From: an uncultured bacterium
GTDB lineage: Bacteria > Verrucomicrobiota > Verrucomicrobiia > Verrucomicrobiales > Verrucomicrobiaceae
Direction: 5' to 3'
Length of the DNA stretch: 64,000 nucleotides
NCBI GenBank assembly: GCA_966252325.1
Contig: CBINON010000023.1
Location: 878 to 64,877, forward strand
Shown one piece after another: positions 28,778 to 38,217 of the stretch. Within the stretch, counting starts at the first letter, position 1; each line of letters opens with the position of its first letter. A model generated the notes under the pieces. The model saw only the letters and a program-made list of their open reading frames with translations, was not told the DNA's origin and did no database searches. The position numbers were made by a program, and so were the translations under genes.

Positions 28778-29800
28778 ATGCTTCCACGCCTGCTTCTGCC
28801 CCTGCTGTTCGTCGCCGCCGCGCCGGCGGAAACGCCGCTGCGCCACATCGTCTTTGGTTCCTGCCTCGACAAGACCGAGCACCCCATGCTCGACCGCACG
28901 CTGACGCTGCCGATGGACCTGTTTGTTTACCTGGGCGACAACATCTATGCCGACACCGAGGACATGAACGTCATGCGGGCCAAGTACCGCGCCCTGGCGG
29001 ACAGCCACTTTCACCGCGGCCTGCTCGAGCGCGCGCCGGTGCTCGCCACCTGGGACGATCACGATTTCGGCGCCAACGACGGCGGGGCGGACTACCCCAA
29101 GCGGCGCGAGGCGCAACAGGAGTTTCTCGACTGGCTGCAGGTTCCGGCCGACTCGCCGCGCCGCAGCCGCGAGGGCGTCTATGACGCCCGTGTCTTTGGG
29201 CCGGCCGAGCGCTCGGTGCAGGTGATCCTGCTCGACACCCGCTACTTCCGCAGTCCGCTCAAGCGCGTGCCCAAGAGCCAGGGCGGCATCGGTGGCAGCG
29301 CGGTGCCAAACGATGATCCGGCGGCGACCCTGCTCGGCGAGGCGCAGTGGCGCTGGCTGGAGGAACACCTGCGCCAGCCGGCGCGCCTGCGCCTGATCGC
29401 CTCCAGCATCCAGTTTGCCGCCGCCGCCAGCGGCAGCGAGAGCTGGGCGAACTTTCCGCGCGAGCAGCGCCGCCTCATCGAGCTGATCCGCCGCACGCAG
29501 GCCGAAGGCGTGCTCTTCCTGAGTGGCGACCGCCATTGGTGCGAGTTTTCGACCCTGACCGAAAACGTCCCCTACCCCCTGCACGACCTCACCGCCAGCT
29601 CGATGACCCAGGTCCACCCGCGCGGCACGCCGACGCCCAACGTCCATCGCTCGCTGCCGAAGACCTTTCACCAACCGAATGTCGGCACGCTCGACATCGA
29701 CTGGCAGGCCGCCGACCCGGAGTTGCGCCTGCGCATCGTCGATGAAGCGGGTGCGGTGCAGATCGAAAAAACCCTGCGCCTCGGCGAACTGCGCCCCTGA
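28778..29800 (+). CDS. alkaline phosphatase D (PhoD) family protein
   Basis: Signal peptide MLPRLLLPLLFVAAAPA, then metallophosphatase blocks FGSC, YLGDNIYAD, WDDHDFGAND and FLSGDRHW. Confidence 0.85.
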   Translation: MLPRLLLPLLFVAAAPAETPLRHIVFGSCLDKTEHPMLDRTLTLPMDLFVYLGDNIYADTEDMNVMRAKYRALADSHFHRGLLERAPVLATWDDHDFGANDGGADYPKRREAQQEFLDWLQVPADSPRRSREGVYDARVFGPAERSVQVILLDTRYFRSPLKRVPKSQGGIGGSAVPNDDPAATLLGEAQWRWLEEHLRQPARLRLIASSIQFAAAASGSESWANFPREQRRLIELIRRTQAEGVLFLSGDRHWCEFSTLTENVPYPLHDLTASSMTQVHPRGTPTPNVHRSLPKTFHQPNVGTLDIDWQAADPELRLRIVDEAGAVQIEKTLRLGELRP

Positions 29801-29867
29801 GCCGTTCGCGCTTGCACCTCGGCACCGGCGTTGCCACAGTGATCGCTCAACCCGGAATAACCCCCAC

Positions 29868-30755
29868 ATGAGCAGCCAGAACATCGCCTTTGTCGGAGTC
29901 GGACGCATGGGAGCCAACATGGCCCGCCGCCTGCAGGACTGCGGCCACCGCATCACCGCCGTGTACGATGCCCACCGCCCGATCGCGGAAAGCCTCGCCA
30001 CCGAACTCGGCTGCGCCGCGCCTGCCAGCCTGCGCGAGGTCACTGCGGCGGCCGACCTGATCTTCACCGTCGTCACCAACGACGCAGCCATGGAGGCCAT
30101 CTTCTTCCAGCCGGAGGACAACCTGCTGCAGGGCGCCGCCGGTCGCACCTTCATCAACTGCGCAACGCTGTCGCCCGCCATCCACCGCCGGGTCGACGCC
30201 GCCGCCCGCGCCGCCGGTGCCGACTGCCTGGAGGCCGCCATGGCCTCGTCGATCAGCCACGCCCGCGAGGGCAAGCTCTACCTCATGGTCGGCGGCGACG
30301 AAGCCGTCTACCAGCGCCTGCTGCCGGTGCTCGAGCAGATGAGCGTCAACCGTCGCCACGTCGGCGCCATGGGCCGTGCCGCTGAGGTCAAGGCCCTGGT
30401 CAACATGGTGATGAACATCAACACCGCCGGCCTGGCCGAGGGCCTCGGCCTCGCCGCCGCGCTCGGCCACGACCTCGACATGATCCGCGAGGTGTTCAGC
30501 CAGACCGGCGCCAACAGTCGCGTCCTGGAGACCGACAGCGCCGACATGGTCGCGCGTGAGCACGACTGCTGGTTCTCCGCCGAACACGCCGCCAAGGACA
30601 GTGGCATCGCCGCCGGCCTCGCCACCGAAACCGGCCTCAACCTGCCGCTGAACAGCGCCACGAAGGCCCAGTATGACCGCATGGTTGCCCTCGGCCTCGG
30701 CGGGCTCGACAAGTCCGGCATCGCCGAACTGACCTTCAAGGGGCGCCACGGCTGA
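29868..30755 (+). CDS. NAD(P)-dependent oxidoreductase (3-hydroxyisobutyrate / 6-phosphogluconate dehydrogenase-like)
   Basis: MSSQNIAFVGVGRMGANMARRL Rossmann motif and a C-terminal all-helical domain (KALVNMV...AAKD). Confidence 0.85.
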   Translation: MSSQNIAFVGVGRMGANMARRLQDCGHRITAVYDAHRPIAESLATELGCAAPASLREVTAAADLIFTVVTNDAAMEAIFFQPEDNLLQGAAGRTFINCATLSPAIHRRVDAAARAAGADCLEAAMASSISHAREGKLYLMVGGDEAVYQRLLPVLEQMSVNRRHVGAMGRAAEVKALVNMVMNINTAGLAEGLGLAAALGHDLDMIREVFSQTGANSRVLETDSADMVAREHDCWFSAEHAAKDSGIAAGLATETGLNLPLNSATKAQYDRMVALGLGGLDKSGIAELTFKGRHG

Positions 30756-30780
30756 ACGCCGCGGCCGTTGCACCACGCTC

Positions 30781-32088
30781 ATGCCTGCCAACGTCCGGCT
30801 CTTCCTGGCGTTTCGGCTGCTGTTCAACTGCCGCTTCTACTACCCGGTCTACACCATCCTTTTCCTCGACCTCGGCCTCAACCTGGCCGAGTTCGCGGCG
30901 CTCAACGTCATTTGGGCGCTCACCATCGTCCTGCTGGAGGTGCCCTCGGGCGCCCTGGCCGACCGCTTCGGCCGCCGCCCCCTTGTGGTCGCCGCCGGCG
31001 GGTTGATGGTCGCCGAAATGGCCCTGCTCTGCCTGATGCCGCCGGGCCGGCACGACTTGGTGTTCTGGATGTTTGTGGTCAATCGCATCCTCAGCGGCAC
31101 CGCCGAGGCCTGTGCCAGCGGTGCCGACGAGGCCCTTGCCTACGACAGCCTGCCGGAGGCCGAGCGCACCCGCCAGTGGCCGGCGGTCATGGCCAGTCTG
31201 AGCCGGCTCATGGCCATCGGCTTCGTTGTCGCCTTTGTCAGTGGCGGCCTGCTCTATGACCATGAGGGCGTGCTCGCCCTGCTCAACAGCCTTGGCCTGC
31301 CCGCGCTGGAACGCACCTGGACGATGAAGCTGCCCCTGCTCTTCAACCTGTTCACGGCCCTCGCCTGCCTGGGGGTGGCCCTGCGCCTGCGCGAGCCCGG
31401 ACAACCACCCGCACTCGGCGGCTCCTGGACCCAGGAAACGGCGCGCGCCTTGCGCGGCATGCTCGCCACCGGCACCTGGATCTGGCGCCATGAGGCGGCC
31501 TTCCGCCTGCTCGTTTTGGCCGTCGTCTTCGACAGCATCATCCGCCTCTTCCTCACGGTCGCCAGCAACTTCTACCGCCTCGTCGGCATCGACGAAGCCT
31601 GGTACGGCGTCATCGGCACGGTCGCCTCCCTGCTCGGCCTGGCCAGCGCCGGGCTGATGGAACGCATGGCCCGGCATGGCCGCGAGCGCGATCACTTCCT
31701 GTTCGTCGCCGCCCTGACCCTGGCGGGCCTGCTCGGCGCCGCCCACCCGCAGCCGGGCTGGACCGGCATCGCCCTGATCCTGCCGCTCATGCTGGCCATG
31801 CGCTTCCTGCAGTTCTTTCTGTCGCACCACCTCAACGCCGCCGCCGATTCCGCCCACCGCGCCACGGTGCTCAGCTTTCGCGGCCTGACCACCAACCTCG
31901 CCTACGGCCTGCTCACCCTGCTCTTCGGCTGGCACACCGCCTGGCTGCAGGGACGGTTGAACCTGCCCGCCGAGGATCCCGGCGTCTTTGCCGCCAGCCT
32001 GCGGGTCTGGCCATGGTGGTTCGCCGGCAGCCTCGCGCTGGGCCTGCTGGTGCTGCGCCTGCGGCGGCGCTCAGGCAAGCGCCGGTGA
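30781..32088 (+). CDS. MFS transporter
   Basis: 435 aa, about 12 predicted TM helices, with the MFS loop motif GALADRFGRRP between TM2 and TM3. Confidence 0.8.
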   Translation: MPANVRLFLAFRLLFNCRFYYPVYTILFLDLGLNLAEFAALNVIWALTIVLLEVPSGALADRFGRRPLVVAAGGLMVAEMALLCLMPPGRHDLVFWMFVVNRILSGTAEACASGADEALAYDSLPEAERTRQWPAVMASLSRLMAIGFVVAFVSGGLLYDHEGVLALLNSLGLPALERTWTMKLPLLFNLFTALACLGVALRLREPGQPPALGGSWTQETARALRGMLATGTWIWRHEAAFRLLVLAVVFDSIIRLFLTVASNFYRLVGIDEAWYGVIGTVASLLGLASAGLMERMARHGRERDHFLFVAALTLAGLLGAAHPQPGWTGIALILPLMLAMRFLQFFLSHHLNAAADSAHRATVLSFRGLTTNLAYGLLTLLFGWHTAWLQGRLNLPAEDPGVFAASLRVWPWWFAGSLALGLLVLRLRRRSGKRR

Positions 32089-32100
32089 ACCGCAGCGAAC

Positions 32101-33426
32101 TCAGCGTCGCAGGACGCGGATGTGCTCCAGCGCCGCCTCCTGCATGAAGCGAGTCGCCGCCGGTGTGTTGGTGTGGCCGGCCAGCACGTCGACATGCAAC
32201 TTCTTGGCCACCGGCAGGGCGTTGCAGGCGGCCAGCACACTCGTCGGCGGGCAGGTCACATCGATGTAACCCACGGTCACCGCCGCCCCCTGGCAGCGGG
32301 CGCGGGCCGCGAAGTTGACGGCGTCGACGTAGCGCGCGGTCTGCTGCACCGCCGCGTCCGGACGACCGTCGGCGCCGGCAGGCACCAGCTTGGGCCAGCC
32401 GTTGACCCGGCCGACCCCCGCACCGCTGTGATCACAGCCGGCGGGCACGCCGGCGCAGATGAAACTGACACGGGCATCGAGGCCGGCTGCCGCCAGAGCT
32501 TGATAACCGCCCTGGCTGGAGCCGTAAACGATCAGCGTGCGACCGTCCCACTCCGGTTGAGCGGCGAGGAAGTCGATGGCGCGAATGACGCGCAGGAACA
32601 TGCCGGTGAAGTAGTTTTGCTGACGCTCCATGCGGCCGGCATACCGGTAATCCTTGAGCGCCCCGGCAGCCTGGGCCGTGTAAAACGCCTCGGACCGGCC
32701 GTTGGGCAACCCGTGGGCATTGATGTCGAGCGCCAGCATCCCACCCTCCTTGGCCGCCCAACTGGTACTGCCAGCCAGGCTGGCACTGCGCACGCCAGCG
32801 CCATGAACGGTGAGCACCGCCGGCAGACTGCCTGGGCGGGCGCCAACCGGGCGGCTGAGATAGCCGGACACCGGCGCCCCCAGGCAGGCCACCTTGACGT
32901 CGAAACACTCGAGCTTCACCGCGCCCGGTGCACTGGCCGCTGCGGCAGGTGCCGGCACGGGCACAAGCTCCGCCATCGGCTCGACCCCAGCCAGTGCGGC
33001 CTTTTGTGCCGTCCAGAAGGCGTCAAAGTCGTCCGGCACCGGCAGGCTCGGGCGGATCTCCTGGGGATCGAAACCCGCCGAAGCCAGGGCCGAGGCCTTG
33101 CCCGCGGTGGCGCGCAGCAGCAGAAAGCCCGGTTCGTCCAGTGTGCCTTCCAAACGGCCCTTGCCACCGCTCAGACGCACCTGCACCGGCACTTGCGGAT
33201 CGACACCGTCCTTCGACAGCACGCAGGTCACCGTCACATCCTCCGCCGGCTTGCCGCCCTGGCTGGCCTCGATCAGGAAAACCGCCGTCTCGCCGCGCCG
33301 ATACAACGCGTCGGGACGCTCCACCGAGGCTTTCAGGCGCAGGACCGCTGCGGGCGGTGGCGACGATTTCACCTGGGCGGACAGGGGCACGGCAAGGCAG
33401 AGAAAGGAGAGGAGCAATCGGATCAT
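32101..33426 (-). CDS. acetylxylan esterase / cephalosporin-C deacetylase family (CE7) with N-terminal extra domain
   Basis: From MIRLLLSFLCLAVPLSAQ (signal peptide). The alpha/beta-hydrolase core has the nucleophile elbow YGSSQGG and an AXE1-like block LTVHGAG. About 130 aa of beta-rich sequence precede it. Confidence 0.8.
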   Translation of the reverse strand: MIRLLLSFLCLAVPLSAQVKSSPPPAAVLRLKASVERPDALYRRGETAVFLIEASQGGKPAEDVTVTCVLSKDGVDPQVPVQVRLSGGKGRLEGTLDEPGFLLLRATAGKASALASAGFDPQEIRPSLPVPDDFDAFWTAQKAALAGVEPMAELVPVPAPAAAASAPGAVKLECFDVKVACLGAPVSGYLSRPVGARPGSLPAVLTVHGAGVRSASLAGSTSWAAKEGGMLALDINAHGLPNGRSEAFYTAQAAGALKDYRYAGRMERQQNYFTGMFLRVIRAIDFLAAQPEWDGRTLIVYGSSQGGYQALAAAGLDARVSFICAGVPAGCDHSGAGVGRVNGWPKLVPAGADGRPDAAVQQTARYVDAVNFAARARCQGAAVTVGYIDVTCPPTSVLAACNALPVAKKLHVDVLAGHTNTPAATRFMQEAALEHIRVLRR

Positions 33427-33604
33427 GGCGACGAATTCCAACGCGCGCCGAGTCGACGGTCTTCGGCTCCCGGCAAGAAAAGTCCCCGGCAACTGAACGC
33501 GTCGCACCGGCACACCGTCAAAGCCACGTCTTGACCCCGCTGCAGGCGACCGCCACCTTGACGGACACCCCCGGAGCCCCGATGCCCAACCCCGCGCCCC
33601 ACGC

Positions 33605-36181
33605 ATGAGCCCACCGGACAGCAGCGAACTGCAACTGCAGGACCGCATCGGCACCGGCAGTTGCGGCGAGGTCTTTCGCGCCACCGCCGAAGGACGCGCC
33701 TGCGCGGTCAAGCTTTTCTCGACGATGTCCGTGAACCGGCGCGGGCTGGAAAACACGCTGCGTCGCCTCGCCTCCCTGCCGCCGCACCCGGGGATCCTGC
33801 CGGTCGATCGCTTCGAGATCGGCAGCGGCCCGTGTCGCTTGGCCATGCCCTTGGTCGGCTTCCTGGAACGTGACCCTCAGGGGCGCCGGATCTGGCACAC
33901 GCCCACGCTCGAAGCGCTGTGCGAATCCGGGGTCGACCATGAGCGCGCCTGGAACCTCATTCACCAAATCGCTGAAGCGCTCGCCTGGTTGCACCGCCAC
34001 GGCCTCGTGCACGGCAACCTGCGGCCGGTCAACATCTTCATCGAAGCCGGGCCGCCGGAGACCGCGCGCCTGACCGACCTCGCGCAGGGCTGGGTCGGCG
34101 GCGTGCACCGGCTCGACCTGACCGACCACTTCCTCAACCTCGCCCCCGAACAGGCGGAGAATCCGGACGGCGTCTTCCAAGGCCACGGCGCCGGTGCGGA
34201 CGTGTACAGCTTCGGCGTGCTCGCCTACCGCCTGCTCACCGGCCGACGCCCGCGCGGTGCCGAGATGTGGGCGGCGCAGACCGCTTTCGTTGCCGAAAAA
34301 GCCGCCGCCGGCCTGGCCTACGGCATCGATCAGGCCGCCCTGCTGGCCGCCGTGCGCGCCCAACCCAAGATCGAGTGGCCGGAACCCGCGGCCGACAAAT
34401 GGGAGGAGCGCCGCCGCCACATCCTCGAACGCTGCCTCGACCTCAATCCCGCCGCCCGCTGGGCCGACATGCGCGAGGTGCTGCGCGAATTCGAGGTGCT
34501 GGAAGCGGATCGTCAGATCGAGGCAAGCCGCGACTGGGTCGATCTGGAACGTCGCGCCCAATCCAGGCGGGTCCTGAGCCTGCAGATCCTCGCCGCCTGC
34601 CTCGCCGGCCTGCTCGTGGCCGGGGGCGCCACCGCCTTCCTGCTGCTGCACCGCGCCCGTCAGGCAGAGCAGGCGGCGCAGACGGAGGCCGCCGGCCTGC
34701 GGGCCGATCTCAGCCGTGGCGAACAGTCGCAAAGCGAGCTGACCGCCGAACTCGAGCGCGCCCGGGCGGCCGTGCGCACGGCCGAAGTCCGCCGCGGGGA
34801 AGCTCAGGCCGCGGTCGATCAGTTTCTCACCCTGCTGCTGGAATTCCCCGCCGGCGACGAACTCGAGTCGGGACTCGTGCGCAGCCAGCTCGATGACGCG
34901 CTGAAGTTTTGTCTCGCCAGCCTGCCGGCGCTCGAGGCCGACCCAGCGCTCGGCTTTGAGCGACTGCGCGCCTATGCCAACCTTGGCCGCATTCACCTGC
35001 GTCTGCGGGAGCATGGACCGGCGCGCGAGTTCCTCGACAAGGCGCGCAGGCAGGGCGAGCGCCTGCTCAAGCAGCCGCCGGCAGGCCTGCCCCTCGGACG
35101 GATCCACACCTGGCAGGGACGTTCCTGCCTGCTGCTCGCCGACCTGCACGAACGCCGCGCCGAGCGGGCCACCGCGCTGGAGCGCCTGCGCGAAGCCGCG
35201 CACAGCCTGGGCGAAGGCTTGGCGGCGGATCCAACCCACCGATCGGCCCGTCAGGAAGCGGCCCGCGCCTGGCTGCAATTCGGCCAGCTCAGCCGTCAGC
35301 AGGGCAGCCTCGACGAGGCCCGCAAGGCCCTGGCCCGGGTGCGCGAGACCCTCGATGCCCAACACCTCGCCCCCGGCACCCTGCCCGAGGAAAACTTTCT
35401 GCTGGCGCGCGCCCGGTTTGCCGAGGGCCTCGTCCAGCGCGACGCCGGCCAGGCGCGCGAAGCCCTCGACACCCTGCTGGAGGCCGTCACCGAGATGGGC
35501 CGGCTCGTTGCAGGAAGCTCACCTCGCCATCAGGGCCAGGCCCTGCTGCTGGCCGAAGCCTACACCGAACTCGCCGAACTCATCGCCCGCCAAGTCGGCG
35601 CCCAGGAAGCCCGCGAGGCGCACGATCAGGCCGTGCCGGTCCTGCTTGAGCTCAACCGCCTGCACCCCGAGTGGGCCGATGTGAAGTACCTGCTCGCCCG
35701 CAACTACGGCGCCATCTCACTGCTTGAGCGCGACCTCGGCAACCGCGAGACCGCAGTCAAGAAAAAGCAGGACGCCATCGAACTGGTCAACGAAATCCTT
35801 GCCGACGAGACCGACAACCCCCGGTGGCGCGCCCTGCAGGCGTGCCTGCGCGGCGAGTACGCCGAACTCATGACCGATCTCGGCAAGCCGGACGCCGCCC
35901 TGCCCATCCTCAAACAGGCCATCGCCGCCGCCGTCGAACTGCTGGCCGGCGAAGACGGCACCCGCCTGACCCACGAACGCCGCGCCGCGGAAATCCAACT
36001 CGCCCAAATGTATGGCGTGCTCGGCCACACTCACCAGAACCTGAAGCAGACGACTGAGGCCAAAGCCGCCTTCACCACCGCGCTCGAACGCTGGCAGAAA
36101 CTCGCCGCCCTGGTCCCGGGCGACGAAACCCTTCAGCAGGGCCTCGCATGGACGCGCGAGCGACTCGCCAAACTGAAATGA
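33605..36181 (+). CDS. membrane Ser/Thr-kinase-like protein with TPR-rich C-terminal region; catalytic Asp replaced (predicted pseudokinase)
   Basis: Hanks-type motifs are present: GTGSCGEV (Gly loop), CAVKL (Lys) and LAPE (APE). The catalytic loop reads HGNLRPVN instead of HRDLKPxN (34010-34033), and DFG reads DLA (34076-34084). One TM helix (VLSLQILAACLAGLLVAGGATAFLLL) is followed by a coiled coil and ~450 aa of TPR-like helical repeats. Confidence 0.85.
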   Translation: MSPPDSSELQLQDRIGTGSCGEVFRATAEGRACAVKLFSTMSVNRRGLENTLRRLASLPPHPGILPVDRFEIGSGPCRLAMPLVGFLERDPQGRRIWHTPTLEALCESGVDHERAWNLIHQIAEALAWLHRHGLVHGNLRPVNIFIEAGPPETARLTDLAQGWVGGVHRLDLTDHFLNLAPEQAENPDGVFQGHGAGADVYSFGVLAYRLLTGRRPRGAEMWAAQTAFVAEKAAAGLAYGIDQAALLAAVRAQPKIEWPEPAADKWEERRRHILERCLDLNPAARWADMREVLREFEVLEADRQIEASRDWVDLERRAQSRRVLSLQILAACLAGLLVAGGATAFLLLHRARQAEQAAQTEAAGLRADLSRGEQSQSELTAELERARAAVRTAEVRRGEAQAAVDQFLTLLLEFPAGDELESGLVRSQLDDALKFCLASLPALEADPALGFERLRAYANLGRIHLRLREHGPAREFLDKARRQGERLLKQPPAGLPLGRIHTWQGRSCLLLADLHERRAERATALERLREAAHSLGEGLAADPTHRSARQEAARAWLQFGQLSRQQGSLDEARKALARVRETLDAQHLAPGTLPEENFLLARARFAEGLVQRDAGQAREALDTLLEAVTEMGRLVAGSSPRHQGQALLLAEAYTELAELIARQVGAQEAREAHDQAVPVLLELNRLHPEWADVKYLLARNYGAISLLERDLGNRETAVKKKQDAIELVNEILADETDNPRWRALQACLRGEYAELMTDLGKPDAALPILKQAIAAAVELLAGEDGTRLTHERRAAEIQLAQMYGVLGHTHQNLKQTTEAKAAFTTALERWQKLAALVPGDETLQQGLAWTRERLAKLK

Positions 36182-36184
36182 GTC

Positions 36185-38092
36185 TCATGGCCGCCAGACG
36201 GCCGTACCCATATGATAGCCGGGATGCTCCGGCGCACTCTTGCTGTAGTAAGCGGTGACGATCCGGCCATCGGCAAGCTGCACGCTCGACGGATAGCCGC
36301 AGTCGTTCGAATGGCTCACCGCCAAGCGGACATGCGCCCCCCAGGTCTGGCCTTCATCCGAACTGAACTTGGCGCAGACGCCGTGGCGACCGGCGATGCG
36401 CACACCGTAGGTCAGCAGCAGGCGACCATCTTTCAGGCGCAGCAGGTGGCCGTTGATCTCGTTGCGTTCCGTGGCCCGCACCGGTTTGGCCCAGGTGCGG
36501 CCGCCGTCGTCGCTGCGGAAAATGTCCATCGCCTCAACGCGCGCCGCCGCCAGCCAGTGCCCCTGCCCCAGCGGAAACAGCTGCGTTTCATTGTGACGAT
36601 CGCCAATGACCGCCACCGCCTGCCAGCTGCGGCCATCGTCGTCACTGCGGAAGTGCCAGGAGCGGAAACTCTGGATCTTCGACGACCGCATCGGATCCGC
36701 CAGCCGCCCCTGATAGCAGGAAACATGCAGGACGCCGGCGGCATCGGCCCAGACATCGCCAAACGGGATGTACTCGGTCCAGCCCGGCTCGGCGCGGGGA
36801 AAGTTCTCGTGCCGCGTCCAGGTGCGGCCGCCGTCGGCGGAGCGCAGGATCCAGTTGCCAAGGATGGCGTCGCGGAACGGCGCCTGCTTGGGCCGCTCCG
36901 CCTGCTTGCGATCCGTCCAGCCCGAGCAGAGCACGACCCAATCGCCATTGCCCGCCAGGCCGGCGGCGTGGTTCATGCGGATCGTGCCCGGCTCGTGGCG
37001 GGTGACCGTCGAGCGCTTCTCCCAGGTGATGCCATCGCGGCTCACCCAACAATCGATGTCGCCTTCCAGCGTGCCATGCCCGGGCTGGTTGTGCAGCACG
37101 GCGAAAATCTCGCCCTGCGGTGTCAGCGTCAGGTTGGGCCACGCGCAGACCTCCTTGACCGCGACGTGGCGGCTCAGCTCGCGCGGCCGCGGTTCGCGCG
37201 CCAGCGCCAGCCGCTCCTGGGTGCGCCGCCACTCGAGACCCGGATGTTCGGTGCGAAACCGCACCAGCCGTCCCTGCTCCATCTCAGTGACGTAAACGGT
37301 GCGACCGTCAGGCCCGCCAAAGCAGAGATTCGAGGGTTTGGCACCCAGCACCTCCACCTCGTGCAGCACCTCACCTTTGGCGCCGAGCACCACCACCGTA
37401 CCCTTGCCGTGGCGGGTGACATGCAGGCGCCCCTCGACATCGACCCGCATGCCGTCAAAGCCATGGTCCTCAAAGCGGGCGAACTCGCGTTTGCCGACCA
37501 GGTTGCCATCGGTCTCGACGCGGAAGGCCCAGATGACCCGCTGCACGCTCTCGTTGACATAGAGGGTGCGTCCATCCGGACTGAGGTCGATGCCGTTGGT
37601 GGTGCCCAACCCGTCGGCCGCCAGCGCGACACGCCCCGCGCGATCGATCCGCCAGAGGCGTCCGGTCCCCGCCTTCCAGTCCGGGTCGCTGGCGTAAATG
37701 GTGCCATCGGCCGCCAGCGCGAGATCGTTCGGCTGACTCATGCGCGCCTCGTGGGCAAAGACGCGAACGACCTTTGTCGCCGGATCCACCTGCAGGATGT
37801 TGTGGCCGGTGTAATCGGCGACGTACAGCAGGCCGTCGGGGCCGAACCGGCTGCCATTGGCCGTGCTGCCCTCCGGCAGCTTGACAAACAGCTCCGCCCG
37901 GCCCTCCGGCGTGACACGCCCGAGGGTGTGTTCGCCGCCGAACTTGACGCAGTAGACGTTGCCGTCGCCGTCCACCGCCGGCCCCTCGATGCCGGAGGTG
38001 AAGAGTCCGGGGGCGGTGAACGGCTCGGCCTGGAACAAGGTTTCCGCACTGGCGACGGCGGTGGCGAGCAAAAAAGGCAAGAGCAGGCGCAT
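36185..38092 (-). CDS. secreted fusion of an SMP-30/gluconolactonase/LRE-like beta-propeller and a BNR/Asp-box (sialidase-like) beta-propeller
   Basis: Signal peptide MRLLLPFLLATAVASA. The N-terminal ~300 aa carry SMP-30-like blocks (GPAVDGDGNVY, PNDLALAADGTIYASD, TNGIDLSPDGRTLYV, FDGMRVD, PSNLCFGG). The C-terminal ~330 aa carry five Asp-boxes (SRDGITW, SADGGRTW, SDDDGRSW, SDDGGRTW, SSDEGQTW). Confidence 0.85.
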   Translation of the reverse strand: MRLLLPFLLATAVASAETLFQAEPFTAPGLFTSGIEGPAVDGDGNVYCVKFGGEHTLGRVTPEGRAELFVKLPEGSTANGSRFGPDGLLYVADYTGHNILQVDPATKVVRVFAHEARMSQPNDLALAADGTIYASDPDWKAGTGRLWRIDRAGRVALAADGLGTTNGIDLSPDGRTLYVNESVQRVIWAFRVETDGNLVGKREFARFEDHGFDGMRVDVEGRLHVTRHGKGTVVVLGAKGEVLHEVEVLGAKPSNLCFGGPDGRTVYVTEMEQGRLVRFRTEHPGLEWRRTQERLALAREPRPRELSRHVAVKEVCAWPNLTLTPQGEIFAVLHNQPGHGTLEGDIDCWVSRDGITWEKRSTVTRHEPGTIRMNHAAGLAGNGDWVVLCSGWTDRKQAERPKQAPFRDAILGNWILRSADGGRTWTRHENFPRAEPGWTEYIPFGDVWADAAGVLHVSCYQGRLADPMRSSKIQSFRSWHFRSDDDGRSWQAVAVIGDRHNETQLFPLGQGHWLAAARVEAMDIFRSDDGGRTWAKPVRATERNEINGHLLRLKDGRLLLTYGVRIAGRHGVCAKFSSDEGQTWGAHVRLAVSHSNDCGYPSSVQLADGRIVTAYYSKSAPEHPGYHMGTAVWRP

Positions 38093-38217
38093 GGCCGAAC
38101 AATACGCGCCGGACTGCCCAAAACCTTCGCCTCGGACACAGGCGCAAGATCTGCACAGCGATTCCTCTTCCTCATGACCGCGAACTGGGGGATGCTGGGT
38201 TGAATTCTCAACGCTTC

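Noticed and set aside
38205-38216. TTGAATTCTCAA near-palindrome just before the giant-protein start
   Set aside because: Only the 4-bp arms (TTGA/TCAA) are complementary. That is too short to propose as an operator.
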